From UHGV virus genome UHGV-1350584: 42,037 nucleotides of DNA; one strand, written 5' to 3'. Shown here piece after piece: positions 26,191 through 36,685 of this stretch (within the stretch, counting starts at the first letter, position 1; each line of letters opens with the position of its first letter). This DNA is from a virus. The position numbers and the translations under genes are program-made. The notes beneath the pieces were generated by a model, which was not told where the DNA came from, did no database searches, and saw nothing but the letters and a program-made list of their open reading frames with translations.

Positions 26191-26628
26191 ATGTGGGTAT
26201 CAGTAGAACGGTATCTGTTTAACAAGATATATAACAAATTAAAAAGCAACCCTATCATCAAAAAACAGCTTGGTGGTAGGGTTTTTGATTGCGTTCAAAA
26301 AGACGCTGTTTACCCATATATCGTTGTGGGTGAAACAAACGTCACTAATAAAGAAACGACAACGAGTATGTTTGAAGATGTAGGCGTAACCTTACACGTG
26401 TATAGTCAAGCGAGAAATCGTGATGAAGTAGCACAAATCATTCAGTTTTTAGGTCATGTACTTAATACTGAATTTGAAATCGAACATTACTCATTCATTA
26501 AAAGTCGGATTGATACACAAGAAGTGATAACTGACATAGATCAGTACACGAAACACGGTATCATCCGGCTTGTTTTTAAATACAGACACAATACTTTACA
26601 AAGGAGTGTAACGAATAGTGCAGAATAA
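26191..26628 (+). CDS. Tail completion protein
   Basis: Position. RBS AGGTGG. Confidence 0.5.
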   Translation: MWVSVERYLFNKIYNKLKSNPIIKKQLGGRVFDCVQKDAVYPYIVVGETNVTNKETTTSMFEDVGVTLHVYSQARNRDEVAQIIQFLGHVLNTEFEIEHYSFIKSRIDTQEVITDIDQYTKHGIIRLVFKYRHNTLQRSVTNSAE

Positions 26629-27154
26629 ATACATTGCAGCGTTACAAATCGCTGACAAAGATTTAGCAAGCAAGCTGAAAGAAGAAGATGCTATTCTGTT
26701 AGCTAGTTTAGCTGAAGGTGGACACACAATCAGTAATGACTTAGCTGAAATGATTACAGGTGGCAAAAAAGACTATAGTCGTAACTCTGTAGAAGAAGAA
26801 ATCAAGTTAACTGTTGACCGTGTACCTGGCGACAAAGGTCAAGAAGCTTTAGATGAGTCAGTTAAAAACTTCAAACAGTTACGATTATGGATTTGGGAAG
26901 TTAAAAAACGTGATGGTAAACATCATGGTATTTTCGCTTATGTAATTATAGAAGAGCAAGAATGGTCATTTGATGATGAGGATGACAAAATCGAAATCAC
27001 TGCAAAAGTTAAATTTAACAGTGCTAACGGTTCTGTTGATTCATTGCCACCAGAATGGCTCAATCCTAGTGCTGCTGCTCCTACAGTTGAATGGGAAGAT
27101 ATGGGAGCTTATACAGACTCATATGAAAATCGTACACCTAGTGCTGGTGCATAA
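26618..27154 (+). CDS. Major tail protein
   Basis: Position before the chaperone/TMP genes. It is followed by a strong terminator, which is the usual high-expression, partial read-through arrangement. Confidence 0.65.
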   Translation: MQNKYIAALQIADKDLASKLKEEDAILLASLAEGGHTISNDLAEMITGGKKDYSRNSVEEEIKLTVDRVPGDKGQEALDESVKNFKQLRLWIWEVKKRDGKHHGIFAYVIIEEQEWSFDDEDDKIEITAKVKFNSANGSVDSLPPEWLNPSAAAPTVEWEDMGAYTDSYENRTPSAGA

Positions 27155-27159
27155 CTTTA

Positions 27160-27187
27160 CGAGGGCATTAAGCCCTCTATTTTTTTG
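27160..27187 (+). terminator. Rho-independent terminator after the major tail protein
   Basis: GAGGGC atta GCCCTC stem plus TATTTTTTTG. Confidence 0.7.
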
Positions 27188-27213
27188 TAAAAATAACAGA
27201 AAGAGGTTAAAGA

Positions 27214-27708
27214 ATGACTGAAAATACAATCAACCCTATTACTGAATTAGAAATCAACGGAGAAGAAGTAGAAGCAAAAGCTACTTTCTTATTTGATAAA
27301 GCGGCTAAGAAATTCGCTAAAGACGAGCAAGATGAAAATGGTAAAACTACTAAAGTATCTGGTTTTAATGCTATTTATAACGGTATTTTAGAACGTGATC
27401 CAATCGCAATTGCAGACTTTTGGGAATGTGCAACGGCTTATTTAGGTAAAAATGCACCTAAACGTGAAGATATCGAACAAACACTAATGGAAATTATTGA
27501 TGAAAAACAAGACTCTATCGAATTATTACAAGGTGCATTGCAAGTTTTAAATCATAGTGGTTTTTTCAAGCAGAAATCACGTCTATTCTGGACACAAATG
27601 AATTCAGCGCCATCTATGGTCAAAGAAGAAGAGAAAGAGTCTACGAAGAACGGTATCGAGTTCATGAAGAACAATTACAAAGAAATCATGGGCGAGCTAC
27701 CTTACTAG
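27214..27708 (+). CDS. Tail assembly chaperone (gpG-like)
   Basis: Position between the MTP and TMP. RBS AAGAGG. Confidence 0.7.
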   Translation: MTENTINPITELEINGEEVEAKATFLFDKAAKKFAKDEQDENGKTTKVSGFNAIYNGILERDPIAIADFWECATAYLGKNAPKREDIEQTLMEIIDEKQDSIELLQGALQVLNHSGFFKQKSRLFWTQMNSAPSMVKEEEKESTKNGIEFMKNNYKEIMGELPY

Positions 27709-28073
27709 ATTATTCAGAAATACGGCAGATAACCAGTCAATACATAGGCTATCTTCCTTATGATGAATTAATGAGTTTGACGCCTAATGAATGGAAAGAC
27801 TGGGTTGTAGGTCGTAGATTGGCGTTACTTGATGAACAAGAAACTTTATTATTTGGTGCTCAAGCTAACGGTCTTGTGCAAGCTGGTAAATCACTTAAAC
27901 GATTACAGAAGCAGTTAGAGCGTGCAAGATACGAAGTACGTGGACAGTCAGAAGAATACGAACGTATGAAAGAACGTAAGTTAGCACATAACAAACGCAT
28001 TAGAAATGTTCAGAAACAAGGTACACGACGCTTTATGAATTCATTACGCAATACTAGTCAAAAAGGAGGTTAG
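27214..28073 (+). CDS. Tail assembly chaperone gpGT-like fusion via programmed -1 frameshift at T_TTT_TTC (27561-27567)
   Basis: The -1 frame is open from 27558 (just after its TAG at 27555-57) to 28073. The slippery heptamer U UUU UUC is in the correct phase of the gpG frame, 3 nt into the open -1 window. Confidence 0.6.
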
Positions 28074-28075
28074 CC

Positions 28076-31000
28076 ATGAATAAAAACTTTATGGCTCGTA
28101 TATCGGCGATCATTACAGATTTCCAACGGAATATCAGAAAAGCTCAACGTATGGCAAAAACTGAAATACCCGATGAAATCGAAACACAAGTCGATGCGAA
28201 TATCAGTAAGTTTAAACGAGCCTTAAACACTGCAAAAGCAATGGCTCAACGTTGGCGTGGACACACCGTTGAAATAGACGGTAACAATAACCCTATCAAA
28301 CGAGCAATTGCAGTAGTTAAAGAGAAATTACAGCAATTAAGAGATAAAGAAGTAGACATAAAAGGGAATAACAATCCCTTAAAACGTTCAGTATTAGGTG
28401 CTAAGGCTATGTTGGCAACCTTACATGATAAAACGGTAAAAGTTAACTTTGATACAAGGGGAATGACAAGAGCTCAAGTATTAACTAGAGCTTTAAGTCT
28501 GTCTTTAGACGAATATGGCGATAAAATGGATAGATTAGCTACTCGTATTCGTACATTTGGTACTGTGTTTGGACAACAAATCAAAGGTGTGCTAATCGCT
28601 AGTTTTCAAGGTCTTATTCCTATTATAGCTGGTTTAGTACCCGCCATCATGGCAGTAGCTAACGCATTAGGTGTAGTTGCTGGTGGTGCATTAGGTGTAG
28701 CTGGTGCATTTGGTATTGCTGCAAGTGGTGCGTTTGCATTTGGCGCTATGGCAGTAAGTGCAATTAAAATGTTGAATGACGGAACATTACAAGCTACTGC
28801 GCAAACAAGAAGATACCAAGCGTCTTTAGAACAAGTTAAATCAACTTGGGAAGGTATTATCAAGCAAAATCAATCTCAAATATTCAATACGTTATCTAAC
28901 GCTTTAGACACTGTTAACGTAGCTTTAGGACGCATGAAACCATTCTTAGCAGGTATCTCTAAAGGAATGGAACAAGCTTCACAGAGTGTCTTAAAATGGG
29001 CTCAAAACAGCCAAACTGCTAGCAAGTTCTTTAACATGATGAATACAACAGGTGTTAAGACATTCAACACATTATTAAGTGCTGCAGGACGTTTTGGTGA
29101 CGGACTTATTAATGTATTCACTCAATTAGGTCCACTATTCTTATGGACTGCTAAAGGCTTAGATAATCTAGGTAAAAAGTTCCAAAACTGGGCTAACAGT
29201 GTAGCAGGTCAGAACGCTATTAAGTCGTTTATTGAATACACTAAAACTAATTTACCTAAAATAGGTCAAATATTTGGCAATGTATTCATGGGTATTGGTA
29301 ACTTGATGAAAGCGTTCGCTCAAAACAGTTCTAATATCTTTGATTGGCTAGTTAAAATGACTGCTAAGTTTAGAGAATGGTCTGAACAAGTTGGTAAATC
29401 TGAAGGGTTTAAAAAGTTTGTTCAGTATGTACAAGAGAATGGCCCAGTCATTATGGATCTAATCGGTAATATCGTAAGAGTTTTGGTTGCATTCGGCACT
29501 GCAATGGCACCAATAGCAAGCGTGATATTAAAAGTAGTAACAGCATTAGCTGGTTTCATAGCTAAGTTGTTCGAAACACACCCAGCTATAGCTCGAATGG
29601 TTGGTATAGGTATGATACTCGGTGGTATGTTGTGGGCTTTACTAGCACCAATCATCGCAGTAAGTACAATGCTATCTAATGTGTTCGGTGTAGGTTTAAT
29701 CCAAGCTATCGGTAAAATGTTAGCTTTTGCTAGAAACACTCAAATACTTAGAAGTGCATTAAACTTAGTAAAAATAGCTTTCAGGCTCCTTATGAGCCCT
29801 ATTAGTACAATTATGCGTATCTTACCTATGTTAAGTGGTGCTTTCCAAACATTGGGTGTAGCTATAGGCGCGATTTCATGGCCTGTATTGGCTATCATAG
29901 GCGTTATCGTTGCTTTAATAGGTATTATTGTTTGGTTATGGAAAACGAACGAGAATTTCAGAAAAACTTGTGTTGAAGCTTGGAACACAATTAAAGATAC
30001 GATAATGAACGCTGTAAAAACAGTGATTAACTGGTTTAATCAGTTCAGAGCGTCTATCGAACAAACGCTACAACCAATTATGCCTATCTTACAAATGTTA
30101 GGACAAGTTGCAAACCAAGTTCTCGGCTTCTTATTCATCAGCCTTATCAATGGTTTAGTAACTGCTTTCCAATCTCTTTGGACTGTGATTTCAGTAGTAT
30201 TCACTGCGATAGGTGGAATACTACAAGCTGCTACGCAATTGATTTTCGGTTTGTTTACTGCATTAATACAGCTCCTTACCGGAGATTTTTCTGGCGCTTG
30301 GCAAACATTACAAACTACGATTTCTAATGTAATGAGTACGATTTGGAATACCATATTGTCAATTTGGGGCCAAATTTCTAACTTCATATTCAATGTTTTG
30401 AACAGAATACTTGGTACTAATATTACAAGTTGGAACCAAATTTGGTCTGCGATTTCAGGTGCAGTTACTAGAATATGGAATACAGTATCAAGTTGGTTTT
30501 CACGTGTAGTTTCAACTGTTGCTCAAAAAATGATGCAAGCATTAAGTCGCATCATTTCTGGTGGTGCTCGTTGGGTTTCAAGTATCATTTCTGCGATGAG
30601 TAGATTTGTTCAAGGCGTGGTTAGTGGTTTTGTTAGAGTTGTATCACAAGTGGCTTCTGGTATGGGTAGAGCTGTTTCCAAAGTCAGAAGTTTCTTCGGA
30701 AAAATGGTATCTGCAGGATTGCATATTGCTTCAGGTATTGCACGAGGTATTGCGAATGGCGCAAGTAGAGTTATAAATGCTGCCGCAAACATTGCTAAAA
30801 AAGCAGTTAGTGCAGCTAAAAACGTACTAGGTATTCACTCACCTTCACGTGTATTCAGAGGCATAGGTGGATACATTTCTCAAGGTTTAGGCATCGGTAT
30901 TATGGAACAAAGCAATAGTGCTATTAATGCCAGTCGTCGTTTAGCGAAAGATGTAACTAACGCATTTAGCCCTGATTTAAACACTGATTTAACATCAGAC

Positions 31001-31180
31001 TTAACAGGTGGATTAAATAGCGATGTGAATGCGCATATGAGTAAAGACGTGCGCCATAGCATGCAAGAGAACAATAAACCTATCGTTAATGTGACTGTTC
31101 GCAACGAGTCGGATATACCAGCTATTAAATCTTACATTGAAGATTCCAACTCAAAAGACGCAAGTTTCGGATTATTTTAA
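28076..31180 (+). CDS. Tail tape measure protein
   Basis: 1034 aa, with multiple hydrophobic/Gly-rich helices and an internal GNNNP(I/L)KR repeat. Position. Confidence 0.9.
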   Translation: MNKNFMARISAIITDFQRNIRKAQRMAKTEIPDEIETQVDANISKFKRALNTAKAMAQRWRGHTVEIDGNNNPIKRAIAVVKEKLQQLRDKEVDIKGNNNPLKRSVLGAKAMLATLHDKTVKVNFDTRGMTRAQVLTRALSLSLDEYGDKMDRLATRIRTFGTVFGQQIKGVLIASFQGLIPIIAGLVPAIMAVANALGVVAGGALGVAGAFGIAASGAFAFGAMAVSAIKMLNDGTLQATAQTRRYQASLEQVKSTWEGIIKQNQSQIFNTLSNALDTVNVALGRMKPFLAGISKGMEQASQSVLKWAQNSQTASKFFNMMNTTGVKTFNTLLSAAGRFGDGLINVFTQLGPLFLWTAKGLDNLGKKFQNWANSVAGQNAIKSFIEYTKTNLPKIGQIFGNVFMGIGNLMKAFAQNSSNIFDWLVKMTAKFREWSEQVGKSEGFKKFVQYVQENGPVIMDLIGNIVRVLVAFGTAMAPIASVILKVVTALAGFIAKLFETHPAIARMVGIGMILGGMLWALLAPIIAVSTMLSNVFGVGLIQAIGKMLAFARNTQILRSALNLVKIAFRLLMSPISTIMRILPMLSGAFQTLGVAIGAISWPVLAIIGVIVALIGIIVWLWKTNENFRKTCVEAWNTIKDTIMNAVKTVINWFNQFRASIEQTLQPIMPILQMLGQVANQVLGFLFISLINGLVTAFQSLWTVISVVFTAIGGILQAATQLIFGLFTALIQLLTGDFSGAWQTLQTTISNVMSTIWNTILSIWGQISNFIFNVLNRILGTNITSWNQIWSAISGAVTRIWNTVSSWFSRVVSTVAQKMMQALSRIISGGARWVSSIISAMSRFVQGVVSGFVRVVSQVASGMGRAVSKVRSFFGKMVSAGLHIASGIARGIANGASRVINAAANIAKKAVSAAKNVLGIHSPSRVFRGIGGYISQGLGIGIMEQSNSAINASRRLAKDVTNAFSPDLNTDLTSDLTGGLNSDVNAHMSKDVRHSMQENNKPIVNVTVRNESDIPAIKSYIEDSNSKDASFGLF

Positions 31181-31195
31181 AGGAGTGATTGTTAA

Positions 31196-32134
31196 TTGAT
31201 ATTACATGATGTTGAAGTTTACAAAGATAAAGAACGTTTGCGTATTAGTGACAATCGCTTCACTGGTACTGCGTTGAGAGTTGTTTCTTACGACGTTAAA
31301 GGTGCTGGCTATGACCGAAAGTTTGATGAAATTGATCGTGTTAACGGTAGATTTCATAATGCTACTAAAGAAGAAAAGAAAAGTATATCTATGACGGTTA
31401 GATACGATGTAGAAAAGATAGCTTATGCTTCTCATTTAAAAGCGAACATACAAGCTATGCTCAGAGGTCATTTTTATCTTAGAGAATTAGCAGCGTCTGA
31501 AAGTGAAATTAAATTCGAGAATATATTCGAACCTAAGGAACAATCTTTTGAACTAGAATATGTTGACGGCAGGCAGATACTTGTTGGCTTAGTTAATGAA
31601 GTGTCATTCGATACTACTAAAACGTCAGGTGAATTCACACTAGATTTCGAAACGATTGAATTACCATACTTTGAGAGTATTGGGTATAGTACAGATTTAG
31701 AAAAAGAGAGTGGTAACTTGAATAAATGGGGTATTCCAGACAAAAACCCGTTCAACACATCTCATAAAGAACGTAGATACACATTCTATGACACTAAAGT
31801 GGGCGATGTATATTACGGTGGTACAGCTGAAATTAACCAATTTAACCAAGATAGTGTTGTAGAAATGACACTTGGAGAAAATGTCAGTAAAAATGATAGC
31901 GATGGTTTTAACTTCTATATGACACATAGTGACATTATGAAAATAAGTGGATTAGAATTGAGAGCCGGTGATGTTATCAAATTTGACGGCATTCATGTAT
32001 ATCGTAATAACTTACGCATTGATGATTACAACAAGACAAAACAACAACCTGTATTAATGCCTGGTTGGAATACCTTCCATACTACTAAGAAACTTCAAAA
32101 AATTACGTTTAAACATAAAAGATATTACTTGTAA
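31196..32134 (+). CDS. Distal tail protein (Dit)
   Basis: 312 aa immediately after the TMP. TTG start with an AAGGAG RBS. Confidence 0.65.
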   Translation: MILHDVEVYKDKERLRISDNRFTGTALRVVSYDVKGAGYDRKFDEIDRVNGRFHNATKEEKKSISMTVRYDVEKIAYASHLKANIQAMLRGHFYLRELAASESEIKFENIFEPKEQSFELEYVDGRQILVGLVNEVSFDTTKTSGEFTLDFETIELPYFESIGYSTDLEKESGNLNKWGIPDKNPFNTSHKERRYTFYDTKVGDVYYGGTAEINQFNQDSVVEMTLGENVSKNDSDGFNFYMTHSDIMKISGLELRAGDVIKFDGIHVYRNNLRIDDYNKTKQQPVLMPGWNTFHTTKKLQKITFKHKRYYL

Positions 32135-32147
32135 GGAGGTTGCTTAA

Positions 32148-34004
32148 TTGCCAATATTATTAAAAACGTTACAGGGCATTGGGCAATCCCTACCTGTAGA
32201 AACAAAATTAAACGAGAAATTAAATGAAGATGGCTCCTTAGAAATAGAAATGGTAGAAAACAAAGCTACATTTGACGCTATAGGGGCTATTACTAAAATG
32301 TGGACGATTACAGGTGTTGGTGGTGCTGATGACCTAAACGAATACCGTATCGTTATGTTAGACAAAACAACTGTAGGTCAAAAGGAAAAGTTAACAATCA
32401 AAGCGCGTCCTGTCGAATTAGATGATCTAAACAATTTAAGAGTATACGAAGTATATAACGGTAGTTTTACAGGAAAAAGCTACTTCGATTTAGTTTTTAA
32501 AGATACCGGTTATAAGTATGAATTACACGCTAAGGTTTCATCTTCCAAATTTGAAAATCTAGGTAACCACGATACCAATTTAGAATTATTCAAAAAAGGT
32601 TTGGAAAGATATAACTTAGAATATGAATATAACGCCAAAACAAAGACATTTCATTTATATGATATTGTTCAAAGAAAAGCTAACTATTACATTAAAGCAG
32701 GTGTCAATGCTAATAATGTAAAAGTCCAAGAAGATGCTTCTAAGTGTTACACATACATCAGAGGTTATGGTGGCTTTGATGAGCAACAAACTTTCAACGA
32801 AGCCAGCTTGCAATATGAGTATACACACCCCTTAGCTGACTTAATAGGCAAACGCCATGCACCACCTGTTGTAGATGGACGCATAACTAAAGGGGATACA
32901 CTCAAAAAAGCTATGGAGTTAGTTATACAAGAAAGTTTAAAAACGTCTGTAACACTAGATTTTATTTCTTTGCAAAAACATTTTAAAGAAGCAGTACCTA
33001 GAGTTGGGGATATTGTGAATGTGATTGATGATTTAATAGGTTTAAATGAGTTTGTTAGAATTATCGAAATCACTACGCAACGAGATATTAACAACAAGAT
33101 TATCAAACAAGACGTAGTGCTTGGGGAATTTAGATTACAAGATAGATACATGAAAGCAGTAAACACTGCTGCAAATTATGTTAAAGCTATTAAGTCTAAC
33201 AAATCTGATCCAGCTAAAGACTTAAGGATGATTCAAGCTCAAAACAACGCAAATACTAAGACTGCACAAGATTTGCAGAAGAAAACCGATGAAATAAAAA
33301 GAAGATTAGAAAGCGCGCATGCTAAGAGTGTTACAACTGCAAACGGTACTATTGTTCACGACTTTACACCTAAGTCTAAGATTAGGAAAGTTAAAACAAT
33401 AGGTACTATTGGAGATTCTGTCGCTAAAGGTACTGGTGCTAAAACTAACTTTACTCAAATGTTAGCTAAGAAGATAAAGGCTAAATCAACAAACTTAGCT
33501 GTTAGTGGTGCGACAATGAGCACAAACAAAGATAATAGCATTTATGAACAAGCGACCAAAATTAAATCTGATTTAATCATTGTGCAAGGTACAGATGATG
33601 ATTGGACTAATGATATTAATATAGGCACTGATAAAACGGATACTAAAACGTTTTACGGTGCCTTTTATAGTGCTATCACTAAAATCAAGAGTAATAACCC
33701 TAACTCTAAAATAATTGTTATGACACCTACTAAACAATGTTATATAAAAGACGGCAAAACCGTAAGAAAAGACACTACTAAGAACGATTTAGGTCACACT
33801 TTAGCTGATTATGTAGATGTTCAAATAGACGCTTGTAACGAACTGGATATACCTGTTTATGACGCTTATCATTCAACACAATTCAAACCCAATATACCTT
33901 CGTACAGAAAATCGAGTATGCCTGACGGGGTACACCCTAATGAAAAAGGGCACGAGGTCATTATGTACGAATTGATTAAAAACTTTTATGGTTTTTATGG
34001 CTAA
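32148..34004 (+). CDS. Tail-associated protein (Tal-like N-terminal domain) with C-terminal SGNH/GDSL esterase domain
   Basis: GDS block (TIGTIGDSVAKGTG), a central G block (IIVQGTDD) and a DxxH block (MPDGVHPNEKGH) in the C-terminal ~230 aa. Confidence 0.7.
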   Translation: MPILLKTLQGIGQSLPVETKLNEKLNEDGSLEIEMVENKATFDAIGAITKMWTITGVGGADDLNEYRIVMLDKTTVGQKEKLTIKARPVELDDLNNLRVYEVYNGSFTGKSYFDLVFKDTGYKYELHAKVSSSKFENLGNHDTNLELFKKGLERYNLEYEYNAKTKTFHLYDIVQRKANYYIKAGVNANNVKVQEDASKCYTYIRGYGGFDEQQTFNEASLQYEYTHPLADLIGKRHAPPVVDGRITKGDTLKKAMELVIQESLKTSVTLDFISLQKHFKEAVPRVGDIVNVIDDLIGLNEFVRIIEITTQRDINNKIIKQDVVLGEFRLQDRYMKAVNTAANYVKAIKSNKSDPAKDLRMIQAQNNANTKTAQDLQKKTDEIKRRLESAHAKSVTTANGTIVHDFTPKSKIRKVKTIGTIGDSVAKGTGAKTNFTQMLAKKIKAKSTNLAVSGATMSTNKDNSIYEQATKIKSDLIIVQGTDDDWTNDINIGTDKTDTKTFYGAFYSAITKIKSNNPNSKIIVMTPTKQCYIKDGKTVRKDTTKNDLGHTLADYVDVQIDACNELDIPVYDAYHSTQFKPNIPSYRKSSMPDGVHPNEKGHEVIMYELIKNFYGFYG

Positions 34005-34018
34005 GGAGGTCAAAAAAT

Positions 34019-36685
34019 TTGAAATTAGATAACTTAATTACGAAACTTCACTCGTACTTTAGTCAAAAGTTTGTAAGTCAACTTGAGAATAACTTCGAAC
34101 AAATAAAATACTGGACTAATAAAAGTGATGATAGCTTTAACGAGCATTTAACCACTCAAAAAAATGCGCATACAACTGATCAAATCAAACACAAAACTAC
34201 AAAAGGTAAAGATGTCGTATTATCTAATCATGAAAATTATCAAGATGAACTTATTGAACATCTTGTGTTAGGTCATAACGGTGATGGCAATAACGAATTA
34301 AAAGCTAGTCACACATCAATGGACGCTCAAAGTTTCGATTCTTTACACCAACGTCTATATCACGACTTTTTAAGAGAAAGTAACGCTAGAGAAGAACTAA
34401 GAGCCGACTTAACTAAGAAAATACAACGTATTGTTAACGTTGATGACTTTGGCGGAGATCCTACAGGTCAAAAGGACAGTACGAAAGCTTTCCAAGACGC
34501 ATTAGGTAACGGCAATGTACAGGTAACTATGAGTGGCGGTACTTACCTTACAACAGGTATTAAAATGCCTAACAACTCTCGTTTGGTAGGACAAGGTAAA
34601 GACATTACTACTATTAAGCTAATGGATAAAACACCAGCAGAGAACATAGGTATCACTAACTTAAAAATGAGTGGCGGAGCTGAAAACATTTCTTTAGAAA
34701 GTTTTTCGTTCAATGGGAATAAGTTTAGACAAAATAAAACACTTAAAGCTACCGGTGGCTCTCGTTCATCTAACATTAGATTTGCGGGTGTAACTAATGG
34801 ATATATCTATAACGTTAAATCATATGACGCTTTACTACACTGTATCGATGTAACATATGCAAATGACAATTATTACTACGAAGGCGATGGAAACAGAGTG
34901 CCTTACGCATTAGAAAGTAAGCATATTCATATTGATAATTGTGAGGCATATGGTTGCGGAGATGATGGTATCACTACCCATCACTCTCGTTACATTACAA
35001 TTTCTAATTGTTATGCACATACACCAACAGGTGGAAGTAATAACAATGGTATAGAAATTGACGATGGCTCACAATATGTGTTCTTATCAAACAACAGAAC
35101 CAAAGGTAACTTCGGTGGTTTAGAAATCAAAGCACACAGTAACACAAGTGCTGCAAGTGGCGTATTCGTTAACGGTCACGTATCAATCGAAGATACAAGA
35201 GCTTACAACATTCGACACATCGGTCATCATAGAGCTAAAACGGACAATAAAAGTTTGACTGCTTATGACGTGGTGCTAAATAATTGCTTAGCTTTAAACC
35301 CTAAATACAATGGTGTGTATCCAGGCTCAACACCTAGAGCATTATTAATCAGTGCTTATAGAAATGTTTCTGTAAATAACTTTACAGCTATAGGTGATAG
35401 TGATTTCGGAAAATTAGAAGGTGGAAAACTAGATAAAAAACAACCAGCAATAGCCATCCAATTCATGTCCGAAAACATCTCGCTTAATAATATTAATGTG
35501 CGTAACTTTAAAAATGCAGAAGTAGATATTAGATTATTTGGCGGAGATAATAGACCGTCTAGAGTATCACTAAATAACATAAATATTTGGAATTCATCTA
35601 ACAATATCGGTATCGGTGTTGGAAGTAAAATATACGACACTAAAATAACTAATTGTAACTTACACGGCAATGGTTCAGGTATAGGATTACGTTTGACAAA
35701 TAACCACGCTATGATTAGCGGCGTCACAGCTGATAATTATTCAACTTCTGCATGGATAGCAGGAGAAAAGTACGACACACCACCTACAGTAGGAAAAGGC
35801 GGCGCTAGTATAGCGTCTACAGGAAGTGCTGGTGTAGCAAACGCTAGTGCAGTTATTGCATCTACAGGTGGTTCGAAAGCATACAGTAATCGTAGCTTTG
35901 TATTAGGTTCTGGTGCTAACTCCAAATCTTATGGTTCACGTAGCGGTATTATCAATTCACTTAATTCTGAAACTGATAAAAAAGGCCATACACAACTGAT
36001 TATGAATAGTAATCGTGTTAAGTCACCTGGTAACTATCATGTTGTCGCTGGATATGGTTCTAGTGGTAATGCTTCTACATCTAACATTAAATTTGATTTA
36101 AGCACTTATTCAGGAAACTTAACTTTAGCCGGTCAACTTAAACAAGATAGTGCCGATATCGCAGAGTTATTTGAGTCACAAAATGGATTAGCAATCGATT
36201 TAGGAACTATCGTTACATTAGACGGCGATAAGATAAGAAAAGCGCAACCTAATGACACACCAATTGGCGTTATATCTGGAACTGCCGCGTTGGTAGCGAA
36301 CGAAAAAACATTCCACCATAAAGATAGATTTTTAAAAAATGAGTATGGAGTAACGATTACAAACAGAAAACAAGTTGAATTTGTAGACGATGAAGGAAAT
36401 GTTTCTTTCGAATGGCGTGACATACCAGTAGAAAACCCTGAATATAACGACAAAATCGATTATCAATCACGTTCAGAACGACCTGAATGGAATGTAGTCG
36501 GATTATTAGGTCAAATCTACACGAACATTGAAAAAGACGTTATACCAGGCGACTATATCAACGGTAGAGCAGGTGTAGGATATAAAGATAATGTGAATGG
36601 TAAAGGTCGTGTCATGAAAATAACTTCTGAATACACTGAAGAACGTGGATGTGCAATAGCATTAGTATTGTGGGGTGCTAAATAA
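34019..36685 (+). CDS. Tail fibre / receptor-binding protein with right-handed beta-helix (pectin-lyase-like) domain
   Basis: 888 aa. Repeated beta-helix rungs (ISNCYAHTPTGGSNNNGIEIDDGSQYVFLSNNRTKGNFGGLEIKAH...). RBS AAGGAGG, TTG start. Confidence 0.6.
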   Translation: MKLDNLITKLHSYFSQKFVSQLENNFEQIKYWTNKSDDSFNEHLTTQKNAHTTDQIKHKTTKGKDVVLSNHENYQDELIEHLVLGHNGDGNNELKASHTSMDAQSFDSLHQRLYHDFLRESNAREELRADLTKKIQRIVNVDDFGGDPTGQKDSTKAFQDALGNGNVQVTMSGGTYLTTGIKMPNNSRLVGQGKDITTIKLMDKTPAENIGITNLKMSGGAENISLESFSFNGNKFRQNKTLKATGGSRSSNIRFAGVTNGYIYNVKSYDALLHCIDVTYANDNYYYEGDGNRVPYALESKHIHIDNCEAYGCGDDGITTHHSRYITISNCYAHTPTGGSNNNGIEIDDGSQYVFLSNNRTKGNFGGLEIKAHSNTSAASGVFVNGHVSIEDTRAYNIRHIGHHRAKTDNKSLTAYDVVLNNCLALNPKYNGVYPGSTPRALLISAYRNVSVNNFTAIGDSDFGKLEGGKLDKKQPAIAIQFMSENISLNNINVRNFKNAEVDIRLFGGDNRPSRVSLNNINIWNSSNNIGIGVGSKIYDTKITNCNLHGNGSGIGLRLTNNHAMISGVTADNYSTSAWIAGEKYDTPPTVGKGGASIASTGSAGVANASAVIASTGGSKAYSNRSFVLGSGANSKSYGSRSGIINSLNSETDKKGHTQLIMNSNRVKSPGNYHVVAGYGSSGNASTSNIKFDLSTYSGNLTLAGQLKQDSADIAELFESQNGLAIDLGTIVTLDGDKIRKAQPNDTPIGVISGTAALVANEKTFHHKDRFLKNEYGVTITNRKQVEFVDDEGNVSFEWRDIPVENPEYNDKIDYQSRSERPEWNVVGLLGQIYTNIEKDVIPGDYINGRAGVGYKDNVNGKGRVMKITSEYTEERGCAIALVLWGAK

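Noticed and set aside
28606-31104. Several minus-strand ORFs (60-117 aa) within the tape measure gene
   Set aside because: These are antisense to a 1034-aa CDS. Their Ala/Ile/Pro-rich translations mirror the Gly/Ala-rich sense frame and there are no translation signals.
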